DNA of 64,000 nucleotides from the NCBI GenBank assembly GCA_040776945.1, contig JAXGZN010000002.1, positions 384,001 to 448,000 of the forward strand, written 5' to 3'. The notes beneath the pieces are model-generated. The model was given only the letters and a program-made list of their open reading frames with translations. It had not been told where the DNA came from and made no database searches. Positions 40,004 through 49,150 of the stretch are shown piece after piece. This DNA is from Methanomassiliicoccaceae archaeon. GTDB taxonomy: Archaea > Thermoplasmatota > Thermoplasmata > Methanomassiliicoccales > Methanomassiliicoccaceae. Position 1 is the stretch's first letter; each line of letters starts with the position of its first letter. Position numbers and translations under genes: made by a program.

Positions 40004-41230
40004 CTATCCCTTCGACAGCTCGCTTTGGGCTATCGTGCGGTCGATCTCCGCCTTGAGTTCATCGGGGATATTGCGGATCCCGACCTCGAGGAAGCCTCGG
40101 ACGATCATGCCGATCGCCTCGTCCTCGTTTAGGCCGCGGGACATGATGTACTCGACCTGGTCCCTAGCTATCTTTCCAAGCGATGCCTCGTGTGTCATCT
40201 CCACATCCGGCACCCTTGCCTCCAGCTCGGGGATGGCGACGTTCACCCCGTTGTGCCCTAGGATCAGCCCGCGGCATTCCAGATGGGCCTTGATGTCCGG
40301 CGCCTCTCCGACCAGCCGGCCGCGGTTGATGACCGTGCCTCCAGTGGTTATGGACCGGGAGATGATCTCCGCCTTGGTCTCCGGGGCGCTCAGGACCGCC
40401 CGGGACCCCAGGTCAAGCTCCGCGCCCGGCTGCGCCACGGCAACGGTGTTGAAATGTGCGATCGCCCCTCTGCCTACCAGTCTTGCGGTGGGATACGTCT
40501 GCACGCTGCGCACCTTTTTCAGAATGACGTAGTTGTTGACGTACGATCCCCCCTCCTCGATGACCACGCCGGTGCGCGGACGAACGCCGACCTGCTCAGC
40601 CCAGTTATGGATCATCGTGAAGGTGAGCTTTCCCCCCTTCTTGATGTAGAACTCCGAGATCCCCATATGGATCGCCTTCTCCACATGTGGGCTTGTGGTG
40701 CATCCCGTCACCACCTCGAGGGATGCGTTCTCCTCCACGATGATTATATTATGGATGGTCTGGGCCGTGTTCTCACTGCCTACCATCAGGCATGTCTGCA
40801 CCGGCAGCTTCACCTTTTGCCCCGGCAGGGCCCGGATATAATATCCCGTCGCGTTGGCCAAGTAAGTGTTGGCAGTGTACTTGTCCGCGTCAGGCTGCAC
40901 CGCCTGCCACGCGTACTCTTTCAGCCAATCATGTTTTCTCAGCGCGTCCTGGGTGCCCATAAGCTCGAAGCCCTTCCCCACTTGAGAGGCCGATATCACC
41001 GAGTTATCGAGCACGACGAGGCTGCCCTCCCTCCCCTCTTCCGTGGGAACGACGCCCGAGCGCAGCAGGGCGCTCTGCAGCTCATCCGGGAGCTTCGACA
41101 GGTCGGGCTCTCTAGGAATGTCCCCGGCGCCTTCCTTGAAGGAGGACAGGTCGATGTCCTCGCCGAAAGCCGCCTTCTTGCCAAGGGCGGTCTCCGCGCG
41201 CCTCTTCAGGTCATCCTTACTAGCCGACAT
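40004..41230 (-). CDS. sufB: Fe-S cluster assembly SufB/SufD-family protein (SmsB-type)
   Basis: HNIIIVEE..GCT...HMGISEFY, HNW, AHLECRGL, THEA..GKI...YIMSRGL. Confidence 0.9.
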   Translation of the reverse strand: MSASKDDLKRRAETALGKKAAFGEDIDLSSFKEGAGDIPREPDLSKLPDELQSALLRSGVVPTEEGREGSLVVLDNSVISASQVGKGFELMGTQDALRKHDWLKEYAWQAVQPDADKYTANTYLANATGYYIRALPGQKVKLPVQTCLMVGSENTAQTIHNIIIVEENASLEVVTGCTTSPHVEKAIHMGISEFYIKKGGKLTFTMIHNWAEQVGVRPRTGVVIEEGGSYVNNYVILKKVRSVQTYPTARLVGRGAIAHFNTVAVAQPGAELDLGSRAVLSAPETKAEIISRSITTGGTVINRGRLVGEAPDIKAHLECRGLILGHNGVNVAIPELEARVPDVEMTHEASLGKIARDQVEYIMSRGLNEDEAIGMIVRGFLEVGIRNIPDELKAEIDRTIAQSELSKG

Positions 41231-41955
41231 TTGACACACTCCTCGTATCCCTTCGCGCGGATCTCTCTAAGCAGCTCCCTCGGGTTCCCGGCGCATGAGA
41301 TGGTGCCGTTGCACAGAACATACCCGCGGTCCGCTTCGATGTAATCTAATATCTGGCCAGTGTGAGTGATGACAAGGGCGCTCTTGCCCTCCCTCTCCCT
41401 CCTCCCGGCGCAGGTTATGCCTCCGGAGATGAGTTCGCGGATCATCTTGCCGACCCTCTCTATGCTCTCCAGGTCGACCCCTGATTCAGGTTCGTCGAGC
41501 AGGTACATGCAGGGGTTCTGGGCCGCCAGCTGCAGCAGCTCCGATCTTTTTATCTCCCCTCCAGAGAACCCCACGTTCACGTCCCGATCCAGGAACCTTT
41601 CCATTCCCAGTGTGCCGGCCAGGTTGGCGGGGTCCACCCTGCCGTGCCCGGTGACCTGCAGCATGGTCCTCAGCTGCACGCCCACAAGATTGGGCGGCCT
41701 CTGGGACATCATGCCTATGCCCAGCTTGGCCCGCTCATGGATAGGCATGTAGGTTATGTCCTGGCCGTCCATGATGATCTGGCCGCTCACGACCCTAAAG
41801 TTGCCCAATCCCATGATGGTGGAGAGAAGGGTCGATTTCCCTGAGCCGTTGGGTCCGAACAGAACGCTGGTGGAACCCGACATGACCGAAAGGCTGATGT
41901 CCTTCAGCACTCTGCGGTTGCCTACTTCCACAGTGAGGTTCTTAATTTCTAACAT
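41206..41955 (-). CDS. sufC: Fe-S cluster assembly ABC ATPase SufC (SmsC-type)
   Basis: GPNGSGKST, RDVNVGFSGGEIKRSE, LLDEPESGVD, ITHTG; C-terminal CVKC. Confidence 0.9.
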   Translation of the reverse strand: MLEIKNLTVEVGNRRVLKDISLSVMSGSTSVLFGPNGSGKSTLLSTIMGLGNFRVVSGQIIMDGQDITYMPIHERAKLGIGMMSQRPPNLVGVQLRTMLQVTGHGRVDPANLAGTLGMERFLDRDVNVGFSGGEIKRSELLQLAAQNPCMYLLDEPESGVDLESIERVGKMIRELISGGITCAGRREREGKSALVITHTGQILDYIEADRGYVLCNGTISCAGNPRELLREIRAKGYEECVKCRLVRMT

Positions 41956-42049
41956 GGTCCTCCCGTTACTTAGAACTGAATCGCTGATAATAATCCTTTC
42001 ATAGACCAAGGGCGACGGGACGAAGTTCCGGGGCCATTCGTCGTCCCTC

Positions 42050-43180
42050 TCAGCCCTGGGCCTCCGTTCTCTGGGCAAGCAGGCCCCGGCGTTTACCGTC
42101 CCTCCCCCTCACTCCGGAGAACATCGGGCCATATGGCAGCAGGTTCAGAACGAAGAGCGAGAGGACGCTGACCACTATCGCGATGATGTACAGCAGCACA
42201 TAGAACACCGCGTCCTCGGCGTCAAGTCCGATCGCCCAGAGACGGTTCGATGCGAACGCAAGGGCCAGGATGTGCACCATGTATATGCCGAAGGAGTACC
42301 GCCCCAGCAGGTCCATCACGGAAAACGCCCGGCCGGGCCTGGATACCAGGCGCGCGGACGCGCGGTACACCAGTGATGAGGCCAGGACCGAGTATGGGAC
42401 CACGGCCATTGCCCACCAGAACTCCGATTCGATCATCTGCAGGCCGATGGGGACCACCAGCACCAGGGCCGTCACAGGGACCGGCCCAGTCTCAGCAAGC
42501 CCGCGCAAGAAGGTTGAGGGCGTTCGTGAGATATGCATCCCCAACGCAAAGAAGATCAGGTAGCCTGGGAACAGGAAACCGGAAAGGCGCTCACCCATAT
42601 CGACGACCGGCAACCCCAGGGAATCGATGCCGCCGGCAACCGCGCCCTCGAGGAAAGCGTACCAAGCGATGTACAGGGCGGCGGCAGCGGCCAGGAACAT
42701 CCAGGACCGGCCCTTGGCGGCAAGGCGGTCCAGCCAAGCAGAGAGGAACGGGAAGAGAAGGTACATCTGGACCATCGCACCGAGGAACCAGAACACCCCC
42801 ACGGAATCGAACAGGAGGTAGGACCATGCCGCCTGGACGAGATCGGTCCTTCCCAGCACCCAATAGTTATATCCGGCGTAGATGGTGGAAAAGAACAGGT
42901 ATGGGGGCACCACGGTCATCAGGCGGCGGCGGTAGAAACCCCACGTTCCCCCCGGACTTATCGGCCGGGCGGCCAGGAGGAAACCGGAGATCATGAAGAA
43001 CAGGGGAACGCCGAAATCAGCGAGATGAGCGATGTAATCCGTGACCCCCGGTATCCAACTTGGCCCTGAGATCGCTTCGGAGAAGCTCCCGGCATGGATG
43101 GCCACTATGCCGAGGATGGCGAACCCACGCATCAGGTCCAGTTCCTTGATCCTCCCCCGGGGGGGCAGTTCAGCGCTCAC
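42050..43180 (-). CDS. acyltransferase-3 (OafA-like) membrane O-acyltransferase
   Basis: ELDLMRGFAILGIVAIH, GVPLFFMISGFL, FWFL...QMYLLFP, LGRYSFGIYMVH. Confidence 0.9.
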   Translation of the reverse strand: MSAELPPRGRIKELDLMRGFAILGIVAIHAGSFSEAISGPSWIPGVTDYIAHLADFGVPLFFMISGFLLAARPISPGGTWGFYRRRLMTVVPPYLFFSTIYAGYNYWVLGRTDLVQAAWSYLLFDSVGVFWFLGAMVQMYLLFPFLSAWLDRLAAKGRSWMFLAAAAALYIAWYAFLEGAVAGGIDSLGLPVVDMGERLSGFLFPGYLIFFALGMHISRTPSTFLRGLAETGPVPVTALVLVVPIGLQMIESEFWWAMAVVPYSVLASSLVYRASARLVSRPGRAFSVMDLLGRYSFGIYMVHILALAFASNRLWAIGLDAEDAVFYVLLYIIAIVVSVLSLFVLNLLPYGPMFSGVRGRDGKRRGLLAQRTEAQG

Positions 43181-43258
43181 AGTGTTTAATCTATTCTAGA
43201 TGAATATAATTGTTAGCTCGAACGCACATTTTTAATTTGGTCATCGGCATCCCCGCCC

Positions 43259-43939
43259 GTGCTCGTCTTCTGCCACATGGTGATCGGGGCCATCCTCGGG
43301 CTCATGCTGTACCGCAGGCTGGACATAAGGTCAGCGGTGCCAGTGGGGGCACTAGGGGCGATCCTCCCCGACATCATCGACAAGCCGCTGGGACACCTGC
43401 TGCTCCAGAGCACTCTCGACTCCGGGAGGATATATGCGCACACCCTGCTGTTCCTGGCAATGGTGACAGCGGTAGGCGCGGCCGCCTGGAGATACAAGCT
43501 GACCCCTCTCGTCCTTGTCCTTGCCCTGGGCATCGCCAGTCACCTGTTCCTGGATGCCATGTGGGACAATCCAGTGACCCTGTTCTGGCCGGCCCTGGGC
43601 CCCTTCATCCCGTTCCATTACCCGGATTACTTCGAGGCCTCGTTCATAGTCGAGATCACCTCCCCCCTCGAATGGCTGTTCGGAGCGTCCCTGCTCATCA
43701 TCCTGGGGACCATATACAAGGAGGAGATGGGAGCATGGGGGCATCTCGCCGTTAGGTCCAGGTCGTTCCGCCTGCCGCTGTTCGGCCTGTTGGCCTTGGC
43801 CGGTGTACTGACCGTGGCCGCCCTGGCCCTCAGCTCAGTCGATGCGATGGAGGCCCCGGTCAAGGTCATGACCGGGGGATGCGCCTTCGCCGCCGGCAGC
43901 TTCCTGTTCGTCCGAGAGAGGCGAGGAGCGCTCCTTTAG
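43259..43939 (+). CDS. YdjM-like membrane-bound metal-dependent hydrolase
   Basis: H...GAILPDIIDKP...GRIYAHTL...SHLFLD...LFWP. Confidence 0.85.
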   Translation: MLVFCHMVIGAILGLMLYRRLDIRSAVPVGALGAILPDIIDKPLGHLLLQSTLDSGRIYAHTLLFLAMVTAVGAAAWRYKLTPLVLVLALGIASHLFLDAMWDNPVTLFWPALGPFIPFHYPDYFEASFIVEITSPLEWLFGASLLIILGTIYKEEMGAWGHLAVRSRSFRLPLFGLLALAGVLTVAALALSSVDAMEAPVKVMTGGCAFAAGSFLFVRERRGALL

Positions 43940-44108
43940 TTTCTGGAGAAAGCTTGGATATTGAAGTATGAAGGACAATATCGGTCAAAGGAGGCTCCTT
44001 CTTCAAGGAGACATCAATGGCGTCGATGGGAACGAGATGGTCGTGCCGCCGGCCGTCGACCCGGTGGCCTCATCTCGCGGCTCGAGGCGATGGTTTGGGA
44101 AGGTGCGC

Positions 44109-44270
44109 TCAATCCGCCGGAGGGATGAGCAGGTAATCCGTGAACTTTTTTGGCTCGGGGTCGTTGCTGAGCCTGCTGATGACCAGGCCTATCACGAACA
44201 GCGGTATGGCCAGGACCACGGCGGCGACGCCCAGCAGGGAAAGGCTCTGTAAGGGAGTGGGCAACTTCAT
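44109..44270 (-). CDS. 53-aa single-TM small protein
   Basis: ATG overlaps the MFS stop (TGATG) with GGAGG upstream; MKLPTPLQSLSLLGVAAVVLAIPLFVIGLVISRLSNDPEPKKF... Confidence 0.5.
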   Translation of the reverse strand: MKLPTPLQSLSLLGVAAVVLAIPLFVIGLVISRLSNDPEPKKFTDYLLIPPAD

Positions 44271-45712
44271 CAGGACCTCCGGAAGAACAGCGCAGTACCA
44301 GAGGCCCGACGGTCGGCGAACCGGCCCCTGTGGCGGCCTGCGGTGGCCTGGGCCAGCCCTGCGGTGGCGCGATGGATCCCCTTCCGGATATGGGAGGCCG
44401 AACAACCCCTCCTCATCTCCAAGAGCATCTCTTTCACCACCACGCTCTCTTGCACTTCGCCATCCTCCTTTACAAGGGTAAGCCTGTGCAAGGAGAAAAA
44501 GCCTAGCATGGACGCGACGAGGAAGAAGTACTCCCAATTCGGAAGGAACATAGCGATGGCGCCTCCCAGCAGCGGGGCCGTCCCGGTTGCCAGCGCGGCG
44601 AACAGCGAGGTCGAGGCCAGATAGGAGGTTGCCTCTCCGCTCGGCGCGAGCTTCAGGCTTATGTTCCCCGAGACCAGGCCTACTCCGGAGGTGGCCATCC
44701 CCATAAGCACCTCGGCCATCACCACCAGCAGGACCAATACAGGCGTGGTGTGGAACAGCACCGTGGAGGCCCACAACAGGAAGCAGCCGATGAGCATCGG
44801 TCCAGAGACTCGGAGCACCGATTTGTTGGAGAACTGGTCCGAAAGCCTTCCCCACATCTTGAAGAAGGCGAGGCTGGAGGCCTGTCCGACGACCGTGAAC
44901 ACCATGACCGTGGAGGTGTCCATGCCCAGGCTGGTGAGCATGTACACGCTCAGGAACGGCAGCGCGAGATTGATCGCGAAGCTCCAGGATGTTAGGAACA
45001 CTATGAGGTTCTTGAAGTTGCGGTCCTCGAACGGCTTCTTCAGCAGTGCTCCGAACCGCGGCACGCTTTGACCGCCGCCCATCCTGGGCTCCGGAATGGC
45101 CGATATGCAAAGCACGCCTATCATCCCCACGATGAAGCCGGCGATGAAAAGAATGGAGTAACCCTCGATGACCATGCCGGGGAACGCCGATCCCCACCAG
45201 GTGATGAAGAACCCCGCCCCCAGTCCCATTGGTATGCTGGACGCCGTGCTTAGCAGCATCCTTTTCGAGAAGAACCTTCCCAGCTCATTTGTGGGCAGGA
45301 GGTCGTGCATCCATGAGTTCCAGCTGCATCCTCCGATGGAGCCAAGGATCGAGTTCGGCACCATGGCCAGCAGGACCAACGGCAGTGCCATCTCGAAAGG
45401 CACAGCCAGTGGGACCATCGCTATGACCAGCCAGAACGACCGGCTCAACGCTGCGGCGGGCACGGTTATCGACCTCCGCACACGCACCTTCTCGATAAGG
45501 TATGTGGTGGGCAGCTGGATGATATTGGCCAAGGCCGGTATCATGGCCATGAGCCCTATGACAAGTTCAGAGGCGCCCAAGGCTAGGGCGAAGGCGATGA
45601 GGAACGTGCTCCCCGTCAACGTGGACATGACCGAGGTGGCCACCCCATCATTGATAACGCCCCGGAAGCCTCTCGAGACCTCCGTCTCAGTAAGTTCGCT
45701 CCTGCATCCCAT
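44270..45712 (-). CDS. MFS transporter
   Basis: About 12 TM segments; WGRLSDQFSNKSVL motif A-like; ELGRFFSKR. Confidence 0.88.
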   Translation of the reverse strand: MGCRSELTETEVSRGFRGVINDGVATSVMSTLTGSTFLIAFALALGASELVIGLMAMIPALANIIQLPTTYLIEKVRVRRSITVPAAALSRSFWLVIAMVPLAVPFEMALPLVLLAMVPNSILGSIGGCSWNSWMHDLLPTNELGRFFSKRMLLSTASSIPMGLGAGFFITWWGSAFPGMVIEGYSILFIAGFIVGMIGVLCISAIPEPRMGGGQSVPRFGALLKKPFEDRNFKNLIVFLTSWSFAINLALPFLSVYMLTSLGMDTSTVMVFTVVGQASSLAFFKMWGRLSDQFSNKSVLRVSGPMLIGCFLLWASTVLFHTTPVLVLLVVMAEVLMGMATSGVGLVSGNISLKLAPSGEATSYLASTSLFAALATGTAPLLGGAIAMFLPNWEYFFLVASMLGFFSLHRLTLVKEDGEVQESVVVKEMLLEMRRGCSASHIRKGIHRATAGLAQATAGRHRGRFADRRASGTALFFRRS

Positions 45713-45932
45713 CTAACATCACTTGGACCGAGGTCCTGTTCTATGCCACTAGAAAGAGGTTATAAACGAATTATCACGTGGTTATCATCAACGATACCAC
45801 TAACGGAAGGAACAGGGCCGACCCACAGCGATAAGATGACTGGCTAGGCCGCCGTAAGCTCTACATGATGAAGCACCCGCTCCTCCGTCCCCTCGGGAAT
45901 GCGGCATCGGGGACAGGAGAAGATGCGATAGT

Positions 45933-47006
45933 TTGATGAAACCCGCTGACGATAAGGACAATGTGAGCGGAATGGGATGTGGAGAAGGAGGGCGGAACGA
46001 TATCGTCGTGATCGGCGGAGGCATCGCCGGAATGACGGCGTCCCTGGCATTGGCGTCACTGGGCCATAAGGTCGCCCTCATAGAGAAGAGCGACAAGCTG
46101 GGGGGCAGAGCAGGGCGCTTGGGGACAATGCTCCCGCAGATGCTCCGCTGCTCCGAGATCATCGGACCAATGGTGTTCCGCGTCCTAGGGGATCGGAACA
46201 TTAAGGTCCTTCTGTCCAGCGAGATATCGTCCATAGGAAGGGACGACAGCGGCCATTTCGTGGAGATGGACAACGGCCGCCGCGAGACCGGTTCCGCGAT
46301 CATCATCGCCACCGGACTGGACACGGTCCCTGCCGGCGCGGTGCCGGAGTATGGGCACGGGCTGCGCAAGGGAGTGATGACGCTCGAGGAACTGGAGGAG
46401 CGCATCGCGTCGGGCGGCCCTCTGAGCGATGAGGTGCCTAGGGCCATCGTGTTCGTTCAGTGCGTCGGCTCCAGGACCGAGAGGCGCGGGGTCCCGTACT
46501 GCAGCGCCCTATGCTGCGCCAACGCCATAAAGAACGCCCTGCTTTTAAAGCGAGAGGACCCTGGCAGGGACGTCACGGTGCTGTACATCGACATCAGGAC
46601 CACAGGAAAGGGGCAGGAGGAGCTGTACCGCGAGGCCAGAAGGAGCGGGGTGCGGTTCATCCGGGGGCAGCCGTCCCTCGTGACGGAAAGGGAAGGCCGC
46701 CTGCTCGTGTGCGGTGAGAACACCCTGCTTCGGGAACTGTACGAGCTCCCCGCTGACCTCGTGGTGTTGGCCACCGGACTGAGGCAGCCGCCTTCCAACC
46801 TTCTTCTGATGGACGAGCTGGAGATCGCGGAAGGAACGACAGGTTTCCCCCTGGCCTTCGGCTCCCACACGACCGCCGAGGGCGTGTTCCTAGCCGGTTC
46901 GGTCAAGGGCCCCATGGACATGCCCACGGCGGAGCGTGACGCCAGGGCCTGCGCCCTGGATGTCCATGAGCATCTCGTCAAAGGACCGAGGACCGCTTCG
47001 CCCTGA
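45933..47006 (+). CDS. short HdrA-like FAD/[4Fe-4S] oxidoreductase
   Basis: VIGGGIAGM, IIIATG, FVQCVGSR...YCSALCCANAIK, YIDIRT.GK..EE.Y, DLVVLATG, GVFLAG...GPMD. Confidence 0.85.
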   Translation: MMKPADDKDNVSGMGCGEGGRNDIVVIGGGIAGMTASLALASLGHKVALIEKSDKLGGRAGRLGTMLPQMLRCSEIIGPMVFRVLGDRNIKVLLSSEISSIGRDDSGHFVEMDNGRRETGSAIIIATGLDTVPAGAVPEYGHGLRKGVMTLEELEERIASGGPLSDEVPRAIVFVQCVGSRTERRGVPYCSALCCANAIKNALLLKREDPGRDVTVLYIDIRTTGKGQEELYREARRSGVRFIRGQPSLVTEREGRLLVCGENTLLRELYELPADLVVLATGLRQPPSNLLLMDELEIAEGTTGFPLAFGSHTTAEGVFLAGSVKGPMDMPTAERDARACALDVHEHLVKGPRTASP

Positions 47007-47021
47007 TCGGGCCGGCCGAGG

Positions 47022-48374
47022 TCATTCGGCGGCAGCGTGGACCACGGACGTGCCCCATGCCGGGTTGGCGATGGCATGCTGGTGCATATAGGTCCCCATC
47101 GATCGGCGCACCATGATGCCATCAAGGGCCTCTCCTATGCCCGTACCTCGCAGGATGGAGAACCCGTAGGGGCCGGAGGGAAGCGGCTCCAGGCGGGAAT
47201 AATGGAACTCGTGGGCCCTGATCTCGGCCCCGGGGAACAGGAAGTTGTCCGGGGTCCCCACGGCCTTCACGTAAGCGAGGCCTTGTCGGTCACGTGTCAG
47301 CGTGGCCTGGGTGTCAAATATCCCGGCCATGTCATGCACCTTTCCGAAGGCATTTATGGATCGGCACATCGCCATGAGGCCTCCGCATTCGCCGTATACC
47401 AGCCGGCCTTCCTGGGAGAGCTGCCTGATGCCCTCGCGGAAATCACCATTGGCCTCCAAGGCCTCGGCATGGACCTCTGGATAACCGCCCCCTAGATAGG
47501 CCGCATCGCAGTCTGGGAGAGGCTCCCCCTCCGCAGGGCGGAAGGTCACCACCTTGGCGCCGGCGGCCTCCAGCGCCTCAAGGTTCTCTCTGTAATAGAA
47601 GCAGAAGGCGCGGTCACGAGGCACGGCGATGGTCACGCCCTTGCTCTCCTCCTCAACGTAGGGCACGCTCGTCTCGAACTCGGCCTGAGGTGCGGACCTG
47701 GCAACGTCCATCAGTCGCCCGAGGTCGATATCGGCAATAAGCTCCTCGATCTGGGCCATTAGGCCGGCGGGGTTGCTGGCATCATCTATCGTAAGGAGGC
47801 CGAGATGCCTCTCTGGAAGGCGCTCCCTCTGTCTCTCGATGGTGCCCAGGACCTCCGTGCCGGTGAGGGATTCGACCGCCTGCACGGCCTTCCGTCGGTG
47901 CCGGTCCCCGCTAACGTTGTTCAGTATGACCCCTGCGATGTCGACCTCTCGGTCCAGCATCTTGAAGCCCAGAACATGGGCCGCCGCGCTCTTGGCCAGA
48001 CTGCGGGCGTTCACTACCAGTACGACCGGGGCCCGGATGAACTTGGCTATCTCCGCGGTGGACCCGGTGTCCCCGGTGGCGGTCAGGCCGTCATATAGTC
48101 CTCTGACGCCCTCCACGATGGCGACGTTCGCTCCCTGGGACGACCATCCGAAGAGGTGTGTCAGCTTCTCCCGCTCCATGAAGAAGGAGTCCAGGTTCCT
48201 CGACGGCCGTCCAGTGGCAGCGGTGTGGTACATCGGATCGATGAAATCAGGCCCCACCTTATACCCCTGGACCTTCATGGAGCGGGCCAGTCTGGACATC
48301 AGGCCGGTGGCGATGACGGTCTTTCCCACCCCGCTGCCCGAGCCCGCTATCACCAGGCGAGGCGGGGCGATCAT
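47022..48374 (-). CDS. cfbB: Ni-sirohydrochlorin a,c-diamide synthase
   Basis: CbiA-like motifs (GSGVGKT, KVGPDFIDP, GGGYPE, GECGG, HEFHYS) inside the cfb operon. Confidence 0.9.
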   Translation of the reverse strand: MIAPPRLVIAGSGSGVGKTVIATGLMSRLARSMKVQGYKVGPDFIDPMYHTAATGRPSRNLDSFFMEREKLTHLFGWSSQGANVAIVEGVRGLYDGLTATGDTGSTAEIAKFIRAPVVLVVNARSLAKSAAAHVLGFKMLDREVDIAGVILNNVSGDRHRRKAVQAVESLTGTEVLGTIERQRERLPERHLGLLTIDDASNPAGLMAQIEELIADIDLGRLMDVARSAPQAEFETSVPYVEEESKGVTIAVPRDRAFCFYYRENLEALEAAGAKVVTFRPAEGEPLPDCDAAYLGGGYPEVHAEALEANGDFREGIRQLSQEGRLVYGECGGLMAMCRSINAFGKVHDMAGIFDTQATLTRDRQGLAYVKAVGTPDNFLFPGAEIRAHEFHYSRLEPLPSGPYGFSILRGTGIGEALDGIMVRRSMGTYMHQHAIANPAWGTSVVHAAAE

Positions 48375-49150
48375 CCGAACTCCCGAAGCAGCGCCCGGAT
48401 ATCGTCAGGCTCCATCGGGACCGGGACCGACATCTGGTCATTGGCCAGTATCGCTCGGCCAAGCTGGCGGTAGGCATCGGCCTGGGGATCGTTGGGAGCA
48501 CACTCTATCACGGTCATCCCTTGGTTCTCGCACTCGCGGACAACTGCGCTGCGGGGCACGAAGCCGATCAGGCGGGATCCGATGCGCCGGGCGTACTCTT
48601 CCACCGCTTCCTCCTCGTTGTTGACCTCGCGCGAGTTGCAGATGAGGCCTCCCAAAGGAACACCGAGGTTGGCGAGCCCCCGGGCGATGTTGTTCGCCGC
48701 GTACAGAGCGAGATACTCCCCGCTGGTGACGATGTACACCTCATTTGCGAACTTCTCCCGGATGGGGGCGGCGAACCCTCCGCACACCACGTCCCCCGGC
48801 ACGTCATAGATCAGGACATCGTCCTCTTGGCGGAAATGGTCTCGGGCCAATCTCTGGACGGCGACGATTATGCCCCTTCCGGCGCATCCTACTCCGGCCA
48901 GCGGACCCCCGGTCTCCACGCAGTTGACCCCTTTGAACCCTGAGAACACGACCTCTCCCTCCTCGTCCTTCATCTGCTCAAGGAAGGTCGGTATCTTTCT
49001 CCCGTGGAGAAGGGTCATGCTGCCATCGGACTTGGGGTCGCATCCGATGTACCAGGTCCGGAGGCCCGATTCGGCGAAGAAGGCCGCCAGGTTCGCGGAC
49101 ACTGTGGACTTTCCTATGCCTCCCTTGCCATAGATCGCCATCTGTCTCAT
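48371..49150 (-). CDS. cfbC: Ni-sirohydrochlorin a,c-diamide reductive cyclase, NifH-like ATPase component
   Basis: YGKGGIGKST, GCDPK, GVGCAGRG, GDVVCGGFA; operon context. Confidence 0.93.
   Translation of the reverse strand: MRQMAIYGKGGIGKSTVSANLAAFFAESGLRTWYIGCDPKSDGSMTLLHGRKIPTFLEQMKDEEGEVVFSGFKGVNCVETGGPLAGVGCAGRGIIVAVQRLARDHFRQEDDVLIYDVPGDVVCGGFAAPIREKFANEVYIVTSGEYLALYAANNIARGLANLGVPLGGLICNSREVNNEEEAVEEYARRIGSRLIGFVPRSAVVRECENQGMTVIECAPNDPQADAYRQLGRAILANDQMSVPVPMEPDDIRALLREFG

Noticed and set aside
43968-44252. 94-aa plus-strand ORF
   Set aside because: No motifs, and it overlaps the better-supported minus-strand 53-aa ORF
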